IMG/VR virus record: IMGVR_UViG_3300032677_000006
Reading direction: 5' to 3' (one strand)
DNA from: a virus
Length of the DNA: 64,000 nt
The notes beneath the pieces were generated by a model. It was not told where the DNA came from. It was given only the letters and a program-made list of their open reading frames with translations, and did no database searches. How positions within the stretch are numbered: position 1 is the stretch's first letter; each line of letters starts with the position of its first letter. Positions 44,660 to 53,911 of this stretch are shown here, piece after piece. The position numbers and the translations under genes are program-made.

Positions 44660-47379
44660 AGCGGCTCGTCGATCAAAGACAGATACTCGTTGGACCAGTA
44701 CGGGTACAGTCCACCGGCAAAAGCCAGTTCCAGGTTGCGCAGGCTGAAAAGTTTCACCAGCGGTCCTTCGGAGTCCTGGTGCAAGTGGCACGCCTGCGGG
44801 TACAGCCATTCACTCTCCACCTGGTTTATATCCACCAGCGTGGGCAGCATGATTTCCCTGGCGCTGGGGAAGTTAAGCACCACCACGCACTTAAGCCCCA
44901 GCGCGGAAGCCAGGTGCATTGGCCCGCTGACAATGCCTAAAAACCATTCACTGCCGGACATCAAGGCAATGGATTCATCCAGGCTGCGACCGGTGCGGTC
45001 CTCCACCCCGTTCAGGTTGTGGCAGGTCTGGCCTATCTCCACAAAGGACATGTCGGCGCGGTGGGCGTCCACAAACTCCTGGATCACCTTGAAAGTCGAC
45101 GGGTACACTTCGCGCGCCCGGCCATGCACGCGCCGCCGCTGCCACTGGGCGTGCGCCCCGGGTTCAAAATGCAGCACGCAGCGGCCCGGCACCTTGTCCT
45201 GGGGACAGACCACCGTGGCCCGGGGCAGCAAGTCGGCCCGATAGCCCCATGCCCGTTGCAGGCGCTGCATCAAATGGCCGTTGCCCAGGTCGAAGGTCTT
45301 TTGCAAAAAGTCGGAAGACACCGGCGGCCTGCCGTCGTACGGCTTGTACCAGGGGTTGTGCTTGATCAACGTCTCAAACTTGGCATCGGCGTGAAAGATA
45401 TGCGTATAGCCGCCCTGCTCCGTAGAGACCCGGGGCAGGGAGGACATGACCAACATGTCGCCGATGCCGCTCTGGTAATTGGACAGCGCGTAATTGGTCA
45501 AGTCAATGAGCGGCTCTTTCGGTGCCGCTTTCATCCGGCGATAGTAATTCCGGATGTGGTCCACTACTTCGCGGGATTTGCGCTTGTGGCTGGTCCGGCG
45601 CAAGCTGGACCTTGCAACGGTTTCCTGGCGGAACAGCCGGTACGCCAACAGGTCGGCGCTGGCGCAGTCCTCCGCCTCCATGAGCTGGCGAATGTCCACG
45701 TCCGCCGTTTCCAGCAGGCTGCGGTGCCGCTGCCACCAGCCGTAGGTGAAAGCGTAAAACTCCACCTCCGGGCTGGGCACAGAATTGCGCTCCAAATCCG
45801 CCGAGGTATGCGTTCCCGGCATGGCCACTTGTCGGCGCAGGCCATAGAAACAGTCTGCTTCGCACAGCTTGGCCCGCAGAATGCGCTCAACATCCGGCAC
45901 GAAATACGTGTCACCGGGCGTGTAGACAATAACATCAATCGGTTCTGCTGACGTCAGTTTGGCGATGTCCGCCAGTGTGTTGCTGCCTGACAGCTGCCAG
46001 GGCGGCCAGGTATTGGACGCCTGCTCGTTTACCACTTCCGGATGCACGTGCCAGAACAGGCGGAACATCACGCGATTAACGGCAGTGTCCAAGGCGTCCG
46101 TGTCCAAGGCGTCCGTGTAGCGAAAAGTCTTGGCCAGGTTACAGCAGGGCACGGTGGCGCTCCAGGAGCCTGCCAGGGTGTTCAAGTAGGCAATCACTGG
46201 AATCTTAACTGCCTGCGCCAGGTGGAGGAAGGCGGTGTCCACGGTTATCAACAGGTCAGCCGCGTCCATCAGGGTCAGGAAATCAGTCAGCGTGGACGCT
46301 TTGACGTCATCCAGCCAGACTACCGCCGATCCGTACTTGGTGGCGATCCATTCCCGCAGCCGGACGGCGTGCGGAAACGGGCTGGACTTGCCTTGCAGGG
46401 CCACCAGGATCGTGGGCGTGCGGTTGCGCAGGTGAAGCTTGGCCAGCTCCAGTTCGCCCGCCAGGTCACGGCCATCCAGCACCAGCGGCAGCTTTCCGCG
46501 CAAAGGCAGCAGGCCCAGCGCGGCCCAGGGTTCTTCACAGTAGCTCCGGCACCTGTAGTCCATCGTGAAATCACGGGTACAGGGCTGCATGACCACCACT
46601 TCGGTATACCGTGTCGACGCCCATTCCAGCGCCGGTTGCGTCAAGTCGAACTTACCGGGATAAATGACCGGATTCCAGTAGCTGACCCAGGCCGCCGCAT
46701 CCGCAAAGTCCTGGCTGATCACCACGTTGGGCTTTTCGCCGGTAGCGTCGAACAAATGCTTGAAGATCGGCAGCACGTTCAGCAAGTCACCGTACCGGCC
46801 TAAAACCAGGTAGCAGCGGATGCTGTACTTTATCTCTGGCGGGAAAGGCCCGACCTTGAACGGGTGAGTAATAAGTCCTATCCGGTAGCTTAAACGCTTC
46901 GTCTGAATCAGCGTAATCGAAGGCACAAACTGTTCCGCGAAGGTACGCTCATTTCCCTCAGCGTTGTAGCGGATCAGACCCAGCGCAGAGCGGAAAAAGG
47001 CGAAGCAGGCGGCATTGTCGTCCGGCTGCTCGACGCCGGAAGCGCTGCTGACCAGGTGGAGACTGTTGGTGACTGCCCGCATGTGAAAGTCGATGTAGTC
47101 GGGGTCGTACCAGTAGTTTGGCAGCCAGGGGAAGCACCACTCGGCCTGGGCCAGCTCCAGGGCGGCGTTCTTAAGCTCCTGGATGCTGCCGCCGGACTCC
47201 ACCACCTTTACCTCCGGCGGCAGGCTTATGGCGCGTCCGCTGCCGTTGATGACGATCAAGCTTTTGAGCGGCCAGGTTTGCCGGATAAAGCAGAAGGCCG
47301 CGTTCATTGCGTTTTCCTTCAGGTCATCCGGTCCGATGACCATGAGTCCGTTTACCGAGGGTTGTTCAGGCCACGCCAT
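44653..47379 (-). CDS. Multidomain glycosyltransferase: GT2-like + GT9-like + degenerate GT-A + second GT9-like
   Basis: CFIRQTWPLKSLIVIN; LGRYGDLLNVLP..LITVDTAFLHLA; VYTPGDTYF; GIGDMLVM..FLGIVSGPMHLASALG. Confidence 0.8.
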   Translation of the reverse strand: MAWPEQPSVNGLMVIGPDDLKENAMNAAFCFIRQTWPLKSLIVINGSGRAISLPPEVKVVESGGSIQELKNAALELAQAEWCFPWLPNYWYDPDYIDFHMRAVTNSLHLVSSASGVEQPDDNAACFAFFRSALGLIRYNAEGNERTFAEQFVPSITLIQTKRLSYRIGLITHPFKVGPFPPEIKYSIRCYLVLGRYGDLLNVLPIFKHLFDATGEKPNVVISQDFADAAAWVSYWNPVIYPGKFDLTQPALEWASTRYTEVVVMQPCTRDFTMDYRCRSYCEEPWAALGLLPLRGKLPLVLDGRDLAGELELAKLHLRNRTPTILVALQGKSSPFPHAVRLREWIATKYGSAVVWLDDVKASTLTDFLTLMDAADLLITVDTAFLHLAQAVKIPVIAYLNTLAGSWSATVPCCNLAKTFRYTDALDTDALDTAVNRVMFRLFWHVHPEVVNEQASNTWPPWQLSGSNTLADIAKLTSAEPIDVIVYTPGDTYFVPDVERILRAKLCEADCFYGLRRQVAMPGTHTSADLERNSVPSPEVEFYAFTYGWWQRHRSLLETADVDIRQLMEAEDCASADLLAYRLFRQETVARSSLRRTSHKRKSREVVDHIRNYYRRMKAAPKEPLIDLTNYALSNYQSGIGDMLVMSSLPRVSTEQGGYTHIFHADAKFETLIKHNPWYKPYDGRPPVSSDFLQKTFDLGNGHLMQRLQRAWGYRADLLPRATVVCPQDKVPGRCVLHFEPGAHAQWQRRRVHGRAREVYPSTFKVIQEFVDAHRADMSFVEIGQTCHNLNGVEDRTGRSLDESIALMSGSEWFLGIVSGPMHLASALGLKCVVVLNFPSAREIMLPTLVDINQVESEWLYPQACHLHQDSEGPLVKLFSLRNLELAFAGGLYPYWSNEYLSLIDEPLW

Positions 47380-47995
47380 AAGGGTATTCTCGCATCATGC
47401 TTAAACGCTGATTCTGGGTTAAGGCTCCGAAGTGGTGCAGCGGCTTTAGCCGCTCTGGATCGTACCACGGCATGTCTGCTATCCAGTTCGAGTCCAAAAA
47501 GGAAATCCGGCGGGCCACCGCAGGAAACTCGTTGAGCAGCCCCTTAATGGTGTTCTGCTCCCACTTAGGCCCTAAAGCCGCCCCGTAGCGGTCGTCGTCC
47601 TTGACGTCTCCGCACCGGCTAAGCGTAGGTAAAAACCAGTCGGTCCAGGCACACTTCTTAACCGCCAGCACGCAGGCGCACAGGCCGTTCCAGTCGGAGG
47701 CTCCCAGCAGGTCAAACTGAAGTTTGTCGCCCAAGTCGTCCACCAGCGCAAACGGACGAAGCAGCAGGCAGTCGGCGTCAATCCACACCGCCCAGTCCCC
47801 ATCCTGTAAATCCGACAGCGTCGTTTGGAGGGCGGCTATTTTGTTCCAGGACGGATGCACCCCTGGGTCCAATAACTCCGTGTATACGTCCAAGCCAACA
47901 CCCATGGCCGCCGCGTGCGTCCGCAGCGACTTGGCACACTGATCGCCCACCTGAGCGTAGCCCGCGTCGTATAGCGTAAGCAGCTTCACGTTCAT
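47366..47995 (-). CDS. GT34-like (GMA12/MNN10) glycosyltransferase
   Basis: HPSWNKI, WAVWIDADCL, DWNGLCACV, WEQNTI, HHFG. Confidence 0.8.
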   Translation of the reverse strand: MNVKLLTLYDAGYAQVGDQCAKSLRTHAAAMGVGLDVYTELLDPGVHPSWNKIAALQTTLSDLQDGDWAVWIDADCLLLRPFALVDDLGDKLQFDLLGASDWNGLCACVLAVKKCAWTDWFLPTLSRCGDVKDDDRYGAALGPKWEQNTIKGLLNEFPAVARRISFLDSNWIADMPWYDPERLKPLHHFGALTQNQRLSMMREYPYGVA

Positions 47996-48777
47996 AGCTC
48001 GGCAACTTCCGACCGAATAAGTCGGCTGCTGGCGCTTTCGTCCAGGTTGGTGTAGTCGCGGTGAATGCCTTCCCAGTAATCAAAGCGCATCTCCCGGCAC
48101 TTGGTGTAGACCGCCATGCCGCGCAGGGTATGGTCATCCTTGCCGTGGTCCATGAAAACAGCTTCACCAACCCGTTTACAGCCAAAGGACGCGAAAGTTT
48201 CGTCCAGCCCCCTCAGATTAAAGAAAGTGCAACTGGTCGCGTCCCACGGCGACGTCGTGACCGGGCAGTGGATCAGCGGCTCGTCATTTGGCCCGTAGAA
48301 TCCAGATTCCACGACAATGATGCCGCCGGTCTGGGTCGCGCCCACGACGGCAGATATGCCATTGATTGGATACCGCAGGTGGTACAGGACGCCCATGAAC
48401 AGCACGGTGCGGAACTGGTTGTCCCGATCCAAGCTATACACGGACTTTTCCCGGATCGTCAGCTTGGACCCGCGTAGTTCGCGCATCAGGCCAATGCCTT
48501 CGCTGATGTTGTTATCAATGCCGGTGACTGGCTCGATGCCGTTGTCCTCCAGCCAAAAACTGAACATGCCGTCGCGACAGCCTATGTCGAGGGCCGGACC
48601 TTTAAGCAGCTTGCGCGCGTGCAAATCGTTCAGCTGCTCCTTGATCCAGTTCCAGGATTTCTCCAGTCCGAGACTGTGGCCGTGGGTGACGATGCTGGTG
48701 CCCGGCACTTCCATGGTGTGGTACCACTTAACCTTGTTCACTCTGACCCGCAGGGCTTCTTCGTTTAGGGTGTCCAT
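47992..48777 (-). CDS. SAM-dependent methyltransferase (CmoB/DUF1698-like)
   Basis: KWYHTMEV, ALDIGCRDGMFSF, VTGID, VLFMGVLYHLRYP. Confidence 0.85.
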   Translation of the reverse strand: MDTLNEEALRVRVNKVKWYHTMEVPGTSIVTHGHSLGLEKSWNWIKEQLNDLHARKLLKGPALDIGCRDGMFSFWLEDNGIEPVTGIDNNISEGIGLMRELRGSKLTIREKSVYSLDRDNQFRTVLFMGVLYHLRYPINGISAVVGATQTGGIIVVESGFYGPNDEPLIHCPVTTSPWDATSCTFFNLRGLDETFASFGCKRVGEAVFMDHGKDDHTLRGMAVYTKCREMRFDYWEGIHRDYTNLDESASSRLIRSEVAEL

Positions 48778-50870
48778 GTGTCTTTAATGTTGTGTATTCC
48801 GGCGACCGCTCCGGCTACGAGCCTTCGCTTTTGGTAGTCGCGCTGGATAAAGCACTCGCCGTTAAAGGACAGCGCCTGGGTGACGGGCGAGAAGCGCTCC
48901 AGGTACTCCAGGCCGTAGGTCCGCGCCAGCTCCAGGCCGACGCGCATGTCCCAGGGCTTGTCGGTGTAGATTCCGCTTTTCCAGGCGGCAACCACTTCCT
49001 TGGTCCGGTAAATGGCGAAGCATCCGTTGGGAAACAGCGTCCACTGCTCGCGCGGCAGCCACTCGTCGCGCAGGGAGTAAATGTGGGCACCGGTCACCCG
49101 GTTATACTCGCGCACAATCAAGCGGCATATCGTGCGCACCCCGGGACCGGCAAATTGAGTGTGAAAGGGCACCGGGGTGCCTGCCAGCAAAAAGTCCGGG
49201 TTGTGGGCCAGCGCCTCGCGCAGCAGGCGCTCGTCCCAGGCCCCGCCTTTGACCCGGCAGTCGGGTTCAATGGGCATGAAAAACTCGGCGTCCAACTGTT
49301 CCGCCACTTTGATCACCTCGTTGAAAATACCAATGCCGGTAACGTGGGTGTTGGCTCCGCACCTGATCGGCTCGGCCAGCAGGTGCTGCGGCTGATAATC
49401 CGGGGTCTCGCTGACGTAATGCACCGGGAACGTCGGGGGATTGGCGCTTAAATTGCGGAAAAACACGTCATTGTGCCCGACTTCCGGCGGCGGCAGATAG
49501 CAGATACTGACCAGGCGCGGTTTACCGTGGATCAGGAGCGGAACGGAGGGCAGATCGGGCCGGGCCACGGAAAGGAAGGCTTCGCGGATGCTATTCTCCC
49601 ACAGCGTAAGCTCGATCCAGGGACAATGAAAGACCACGTTCTCCACCCGGCCCGAGCATTCCCACTTGGGCCTTCCGAAGTGTATGGACGGCGTGTTGGT
49701 CGCCCGGTTCAGGTGCAAAATGGCCGTGTCGGCACAGACTAGCAGTTTCGCATTTTCCAGCAGCAGCAGAAAATCCGCAAAGTTGTCCAACCGTACCTCA
49801 GAAATGTCTACAACCGACCAGCCCCATTCCCGGCAGAGTTCGGCCAGCAACTTTTGCACCCAGGCAGCCTCAGCATCGGTCGGCGGCGAGGAATGGCTTT
49901 TTAAGCAGGTGACCACGTACGGCGAGTCGGGGTTGAACCGGTCGAACACCGCCGTCTCGGCGGTCGCGTTTCGACGGTCAAACACCAGCGGCAGCTTGCC
50001 CCACTGCTCCAGGTAGCCAAGCTTCTCCCACTGGGCTTTCAGAAAGTTAGCGCCGGTCTTGCGATTTTTAGACGTTCCAAAAAACATGCAGTTGGTCGCC
50101 TTAAGCCCGGTGCCCTCGACTTCCTTTACCGCCGATTCGGCGTCGTGAAGGCTGCCTTGAAACAACACTGGCTCCACGTAGCTTACCCGTTCCAGTATGG
50201 CGGCAAACTCCGGGCAGACCATCATTTTGGGCGCGATGCCGCTGCGCAGAAAGAGCGCCCGGCAAACCGGCAGCACGTTAATGATGTCACCGATGCGCCC
50301 CAAATTTACGATTACTGAGCCGTCCGGCTTGGGCGACGCGACCGTCAGCTTGGGCGCTTCCGCGTCTCGGACCTTGGTCTCCGACTTAACGTGGTGGGCC
50401 AGGACGCGGTCGGAATGCACCGCTACCGGGGTTCCCAACTGACCCAGAAACAGGTGCTCGTAGCCGTGGTCGTCATAACGAATCTTGCCCAGAGCTGCCT
50501 TGGCGTAGCCGCAGAAGCGCCGGTCCTGGCCATACAGCAGCACGTTTGCGCCGTTGGCTTTGCCCAGCAGGGTGTCGAGGTATTCAGGCGCATACCAGGC
50601 GTCCGGCAGCCAGTTAAAAATCCACTCGCCAGTGGCCAGCGCCAGCGCCTGGTTGCGCAATTCGCCGTAGGGCAGAGGGAGACCGACCACTTCCTGAATA
50701 TCGGCGTTCGGCGGAGCCAGGGCGACACCGGTGCTGTTAACCACGATCAACTCTTTTACCGGCCAGGTCTGGCGAATAAAGCAGTAAATCGAGTTTAGCG
50801 CCGCGTCCCGTAAATCACAGGGGCGCACCACCATTACCGCCGAGACAAAACGATGTTCAGGCCATGCCAT
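48765..50870 (-). CDS. Multidomain glycosyltransferase: GT2-like + GT9-like + GT-A-like; paralog of 44653-47379
   Basis: MAWPE..CFIRQTWPVKELIVVN; LGRIGDIINVLP..LVCADTAILHL; FMPIEPDCRV..NGCFAIY..PWD. Confidence 0.8.
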   Translation of the reverse strand: MAWPEHRFVSAVMVVRPCDLRDAALNSIYCFIRQTWPVKELIVVNSTGVALAPPNADIQEVVGLPLPYGELRNQALALATGEWIFNWLPDAWYAPEYLDTLLGKANGANVLLYGQDRRFCGYAKAALGKIRYDDHGYEHLFLGQLGTPVAVHSDRVLAHHVKSETKVRDAEAPKLTVASPKPDGSVIVNLGRIGDIINVLPVCRALFLRSGIAPKMMVCPEFAAILERVSYVEPVLFQGSLHDAESAVKEVEGTGLKATNCMFFGTSKNRKTGANFLKAQWEKLGYLEQWGKLPLVFDRRNATAETAVFDRFNPDSPYVVTCLKSHSSPPTDAEAAWVQKLLAELCREWGWSVVDISEVRLDNFADFLLLLENAKLLVCADTAILHLNRATNTPSIHFGRPKWECSGRVENVVFHCPWIELTLWENSIREAFLSVARPDLPSVPLLIHGKPRLVSICYLPPPEVGHNDVFFRNLSANPPTFPVHYVSETPDYQPQHLLAEPIRCGANTHVTGIGIFNEVIKVAEQLDAEFFMPIEPDCRVKGGAWDERLLREALAHNPDFLLAGTPVPFHTQFAGPGVRTICRLIVREYNRVTGAHIYSLRDEWLPREQWTLFPNGCFAIYRTKEVVAAWKSGIYTDKPWDMRVGLELARTYGLEYLERFSPVTQALSFNGECFIQRDYQKRRLVAGAVAGIHNIKDTWTP

Positions 50871-50887
50871 GCAGCTTTAGAACTGAA

Positions 50888-52027
50888 TCAGCTGCCGGTT
50901 CGGAGTAGTTGCAGTCCCGACAGGTACCCATAGACCGCAAAGCTCATTTTTCCCGTGCTGTTGACCGCCGCCGAAACGGCCACGTAGTTCTGACCGGCTA
51001 CAAAAGACGTAGCTGCCGTGTTGTTGACCGTGTGCAAGACAGGAGCACCGCCATTAACTCCAATGTAGACGCTGCTGGTGCCCGAGGCGGCTGCCGAATA
51101 GACGTACAGGGTGTAGCTGCCGGGCGGGATGTTGCGCAGGTTGAACGTGTTGGGCACGGACGGACCGCCTGCGTACGTGTTCAACATGGGATCAAAAGTG
51201 CTCTGGGTGCCTGCCGCCGATGTCAGCGGCGCAACCCGTTCCAAATAAACGACGCTCAGGCTGCGGTCGTAATTCAGCAGCGGAATCAGCGGAGCACTGG
51301 AAAACACCCAACCATACCCGTATCCGTAGCCGCAGGTATGGTCCACCGTTGCCGTATAACTGGCGGGAGTGTAGACATTCCAGTAGTCGCTGGCGGTTTT
51401 GCCGACCTGAGCCGGACCCTGCTTGAGACCCGTGCCGTTAAAATCGACATTGACCAGCAGCTGCGTCGCGTCCGGCGTAAAATAGCGCTTCCCGCCGACC
51501 AGGGTGGCTGCCGTGCCACCACTCAGATCGCGCGGCAGGACGTCAGGAGCGAACCGGATCATGTCGTACTGGCCCAGGACCTCGGCCCCATCTTGCACCA
51601 AAAAGGTTGGATTTAGCCGCAGAGGGTCCAACGGGACGGTGCCGACGAGCACTCCCATCCAGATTTGGCTGGTTTTCGGCGGTCCAACCAGCGCCCCGCG
51701 CGTAACGGGCTGCCCCGTGACCAGCCCGGTGGAAGCCAGGCCACTAAGCGTCACCAGCACGCCCAGGCCGCAGTCAATGGTGACGTTGGTGGCGTACGTG
51801 GCCAGCAGCACCGGGTCTTCCGTGTAAAACTCCGGGAGCGACGTCCATATCCGGCTGACCGTCCCCGTGGCCGGAGCGATGGTGCTCTCTCCCGCCGCCA
51901 GCTGCACGGTGATGCCCAGGTTGACGCTGCCCTCGGCGGTGTACGCGTACAGCAGGGTGGCTGACCGGGAAAACGGCGGTCGAAACTGGGTGACCAGGTT
52001 GATGACCGACTGCGAAAGGTTGCTCAT
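50888..52027 (-). CDS. Virion protein with degenerate M23/LytM-like N-terminus and C-terminal beta-sandwich
   Basis: IAPATGTV..VTIDCGLG..SGLA..VTGQPVTRGALVG..PLDP without Zn ligands; LVNVDFNG..GPAQVG..DYWN..PGSYTLYVY. Confidence 0.65.
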   Translation of the reverse strand: MSNLSQSVINLVTQFRPPFSRSATLLYAYTAEGSVNLGITVQLAAGESTIAPATGTVSRIWTSLPEFYTEDPVLLATYATNVTIDCGLGVLVTLSGLASTGLVTGQPVTRGALVGPPKTSQIWMGVLVGTVPLDPLRLNPTFLVQDGAEVLGQYDMIRFAPDVLPRDLSGGTAATLVGGKRYFTPDATQLLVNVDFNGTGLKQGPAQVGKTASDYWNVYTPASYTATVDHTCGYGYGYGWVFSSAPLIPLLNYDRSLSVVYLERVAPLTSAAGTQSTFDPMLNTYAGGPSVPNTFNLRNIPPGSYTLYVYSAAASGTSSVYIGVNGGAPVLHTVNNTAATSFVAGQNYVAVSAAVNSTGKMSFAVYGYLSGLQLLRTGS

Positions 52028-52893
52028 GAGGGTATCGTCGGTGCGCCGTTAAAGTTGAGGGTGGACGTGTACCGTTCCACCGCTTCCGGGTAAAACGTGG
52101 CTTCCAGGGTCAGCAGCTGGGATTCGGTGTAATTCAGGTCCGACAGCTTGTACCCGGCGCACCAGCACTGCCGCAGCACCCACTTGGTGTGTTCCTCCAT
52201 CTGAGGCAGGGTGGCTGCCGCCGTGGCGGACGGTGCGCCCTGCGGACCAGCGGGCGTGCTGGTGGCCGCGCCCTGGTTCGACTGCCTGGCCGCCTGCTGC
52301 TTCAGCAGGCTGTTGTACTTGGCCACCGCAGCGAGCTGGGCACCGTTTACCTGGCCGGTGGTCGTCGTGCCGCTCAGCCCCTGGACGATATTCTGCATGT
52401 TGCCGCGCAGCAAGCTGACGTTGATGTCGAACCGGCAAGTCGTGCTAAAATTGCTGTCCAGGGTGAAATATCCCTGGGGACTGAGGCCCGCAAACCCGCC
52501 GTAGCGTGCCCCGCGCCCCGCCCGCGTCAGCGCCACCCAGGCGTCCAGCAGGTCCGCCGTGTCACTGCGGTCGGTGCCCTCCCAGGTGTCCACCACAAAG
52601 GTGATTTTAGCGGCTTCCACCGGGTCGTCCCAGTTGGGCATGTTGTACGGCACCGAGTCCCGGCGGAACACTTCCGCCTTGAGCCTGACTTCAGGCAGGC
52701 TGACGCTGCGCACAAACTGGCGCAGCTGCGCGTTGAGCTTGACGTTGGCGGCGCTCTGGATGCCGCCCGCCGCCAGGGTCAGGTCCACCAGGAACAAGTC
52801 CGAGCGCTGCGGTTCCAGCACGCTGGACGTGTTGGCGTCCGTCTGCCGTCCCCAAAGGTTAACCAGGTTCTTATTATCAGCGTCACGCGACAT
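52024..52893 (-). CDS. Tail tube-like protein (gp19/gp48/gp54 family), possible tube initiator
   Basis: EPQRSDLFLV, FVRSVSLP, LRQCW....SDLNY..LTLEATF; shares QRSDL with 58117-58737. Confidence 0.75.
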   Translation of the reverse strand: MSRDADNKNLVNLWGRQTDANTSSVLEPQRSDLFLVDLTLAAGGIQSAANVKLNAQLRQFVRSVSLPEVRLKAEVFRRDSVPYNMPNWDDPVEAAKITFVVDTWEGTDRSDTADLLDAWVALTRAGRGARYGGFAGLSPQGYFTLDSNFSTTCRFDINVSLLRGNMQNIVQGLSGTTTTGQVNGAQLAAVAKYNSLLKQQAARQSNQGAATSTPAGPQGAPSATAAATLPQMEEHTKWVLRQCWCAGYKLSDLNYTESQLLTLEATFYPEAVERYTSTLNFNGAPTIPS

Positions 52894-52912
52894 TTGAGTA
52901 ACTACCTTGAGC

Positions 52913-53890
52913 ATGAACCTTAACTTTACGTATGCCGGAACGGTGGAGCTAAACCAGGACCCGCTGAAACTTGGCCGGTTGAAGGTTCGCGTCCCGCACG
53001 TCTATGGCACCAGCGCCACCGGCTCGGGCTACATCGGCACCGGCGACCTGCCATGGGCCATGCCAGCAGGCATGCCTGCCGGTGGCAGTGCCCTGAGCGG
53101 GGGCTTCTCCCAGATACCGGAGCCGGGCGATCCCGTCTGGGTTCGCTTCCTGGATGGGGAGCCGGAAAAGCCCATCTGGGAGTGGGGCATGCAAACCATG
53201 AACGGGGCGCAGAAACTGAAGCTGCACACCTATGACATCGGCACGCCCGTGGGCAAGCCCAACCGCACCGTCTGGACCCGCTACAGCCACGCCATCGAGA
53301 TGAACGAGGGTTCGCTGATCGCCACCACCAGCGCCGGGTACCGCATTGTTCTGACCGACGACACCGAGGTCGGCTCTTCGGACGGCAACATCATGGTCAC
53401 GACGCCCAACGGCAACTACTGCCAGTTCGACGATCTGGACGACACGGTCAAGTTCAACGTGCTCCAGGACCTGTACTTCAATGTCTACGAAGGCGTGACC
53501 GGCATCTCCAACAGCTTTTCCTGGCAGACCCTGGCCGATGACTTCAGTGTAGACAGCGGCGGCGGCATCGCCCTGACCGCTTTCGACAACATTGACATTT
53601 CCACCGTCGGCGACATCACCATCGACAGCCTGAGCGACCTGAACCTGACCACCGTCGGGGAAATGGTGCTGGGCTTCACCAACCTGACGCTGGGCATTGG
53701 GGCTACCCAGCAGGCCGTTTTGGGCAATTACCTGGTGGAATGGATCAATTCCCTGTTCGTCTGGCTGGCCGTTCACACGCACACCAGCAGCAATCCAGGG
53801 AACCCGACGTCGCCGCCCACGCAGCCCACGTCCTCGATCACCCCGGAGGCCACGCAGCTGCTTTCGCAGACCGTCACCGTGGCAGACTGA
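52913..53890 (+). CDS. Baseplate central spike (gp5/gpV/VgrG OB-fold + beta-helix), no lysozyme domain
   Basis: DPLKLGRLKVRVP, LPWAMP, IPEPGDPVWVRFLDGEPEKPIW, C-terminal HTH (His-Thr-His) apex motif. Confidence 0.9.
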   Translation: MNLNFTYAGTVELNQDPLKLGRLKVRVPHVYGTSATGSGYIGTGDLPWAMPAGMPAGGSALSGGFSQIPEPGDPVWVRFLDGEPEKPIWEWGMQTMNGAQKLKLHTYDIGTPVGKPNRTVWTRYSHAIEMNEGSLIATTSAGYRIVLTDDTEVGSSDGNIMVTTPNGNYCQFDDLDDTVKFNVLQDLYFNVYEGVTGISNSFSWQTLADDFSVDSGGGIALTAFDNIDISTVGDITIDSLSDLNLTTVGEMVLGFTNLTLGIGATQQAVLGNYLVEWINSLFVWLAVHTHTSSNPGNPTSPPTQPTSSITPEATQLLSQTVTVAD

Positions 53891-53911
53891 GTTTTGCGTT
53901 CTTAGTGGCCT

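Noticed and set aside
46085-46118. 15-bp tandem duplication (GTGTCCAAGGCGTCC x2)
   Set aside because: In-frame micro-duplication (TDALD x2) in a domain linker; no sign of function
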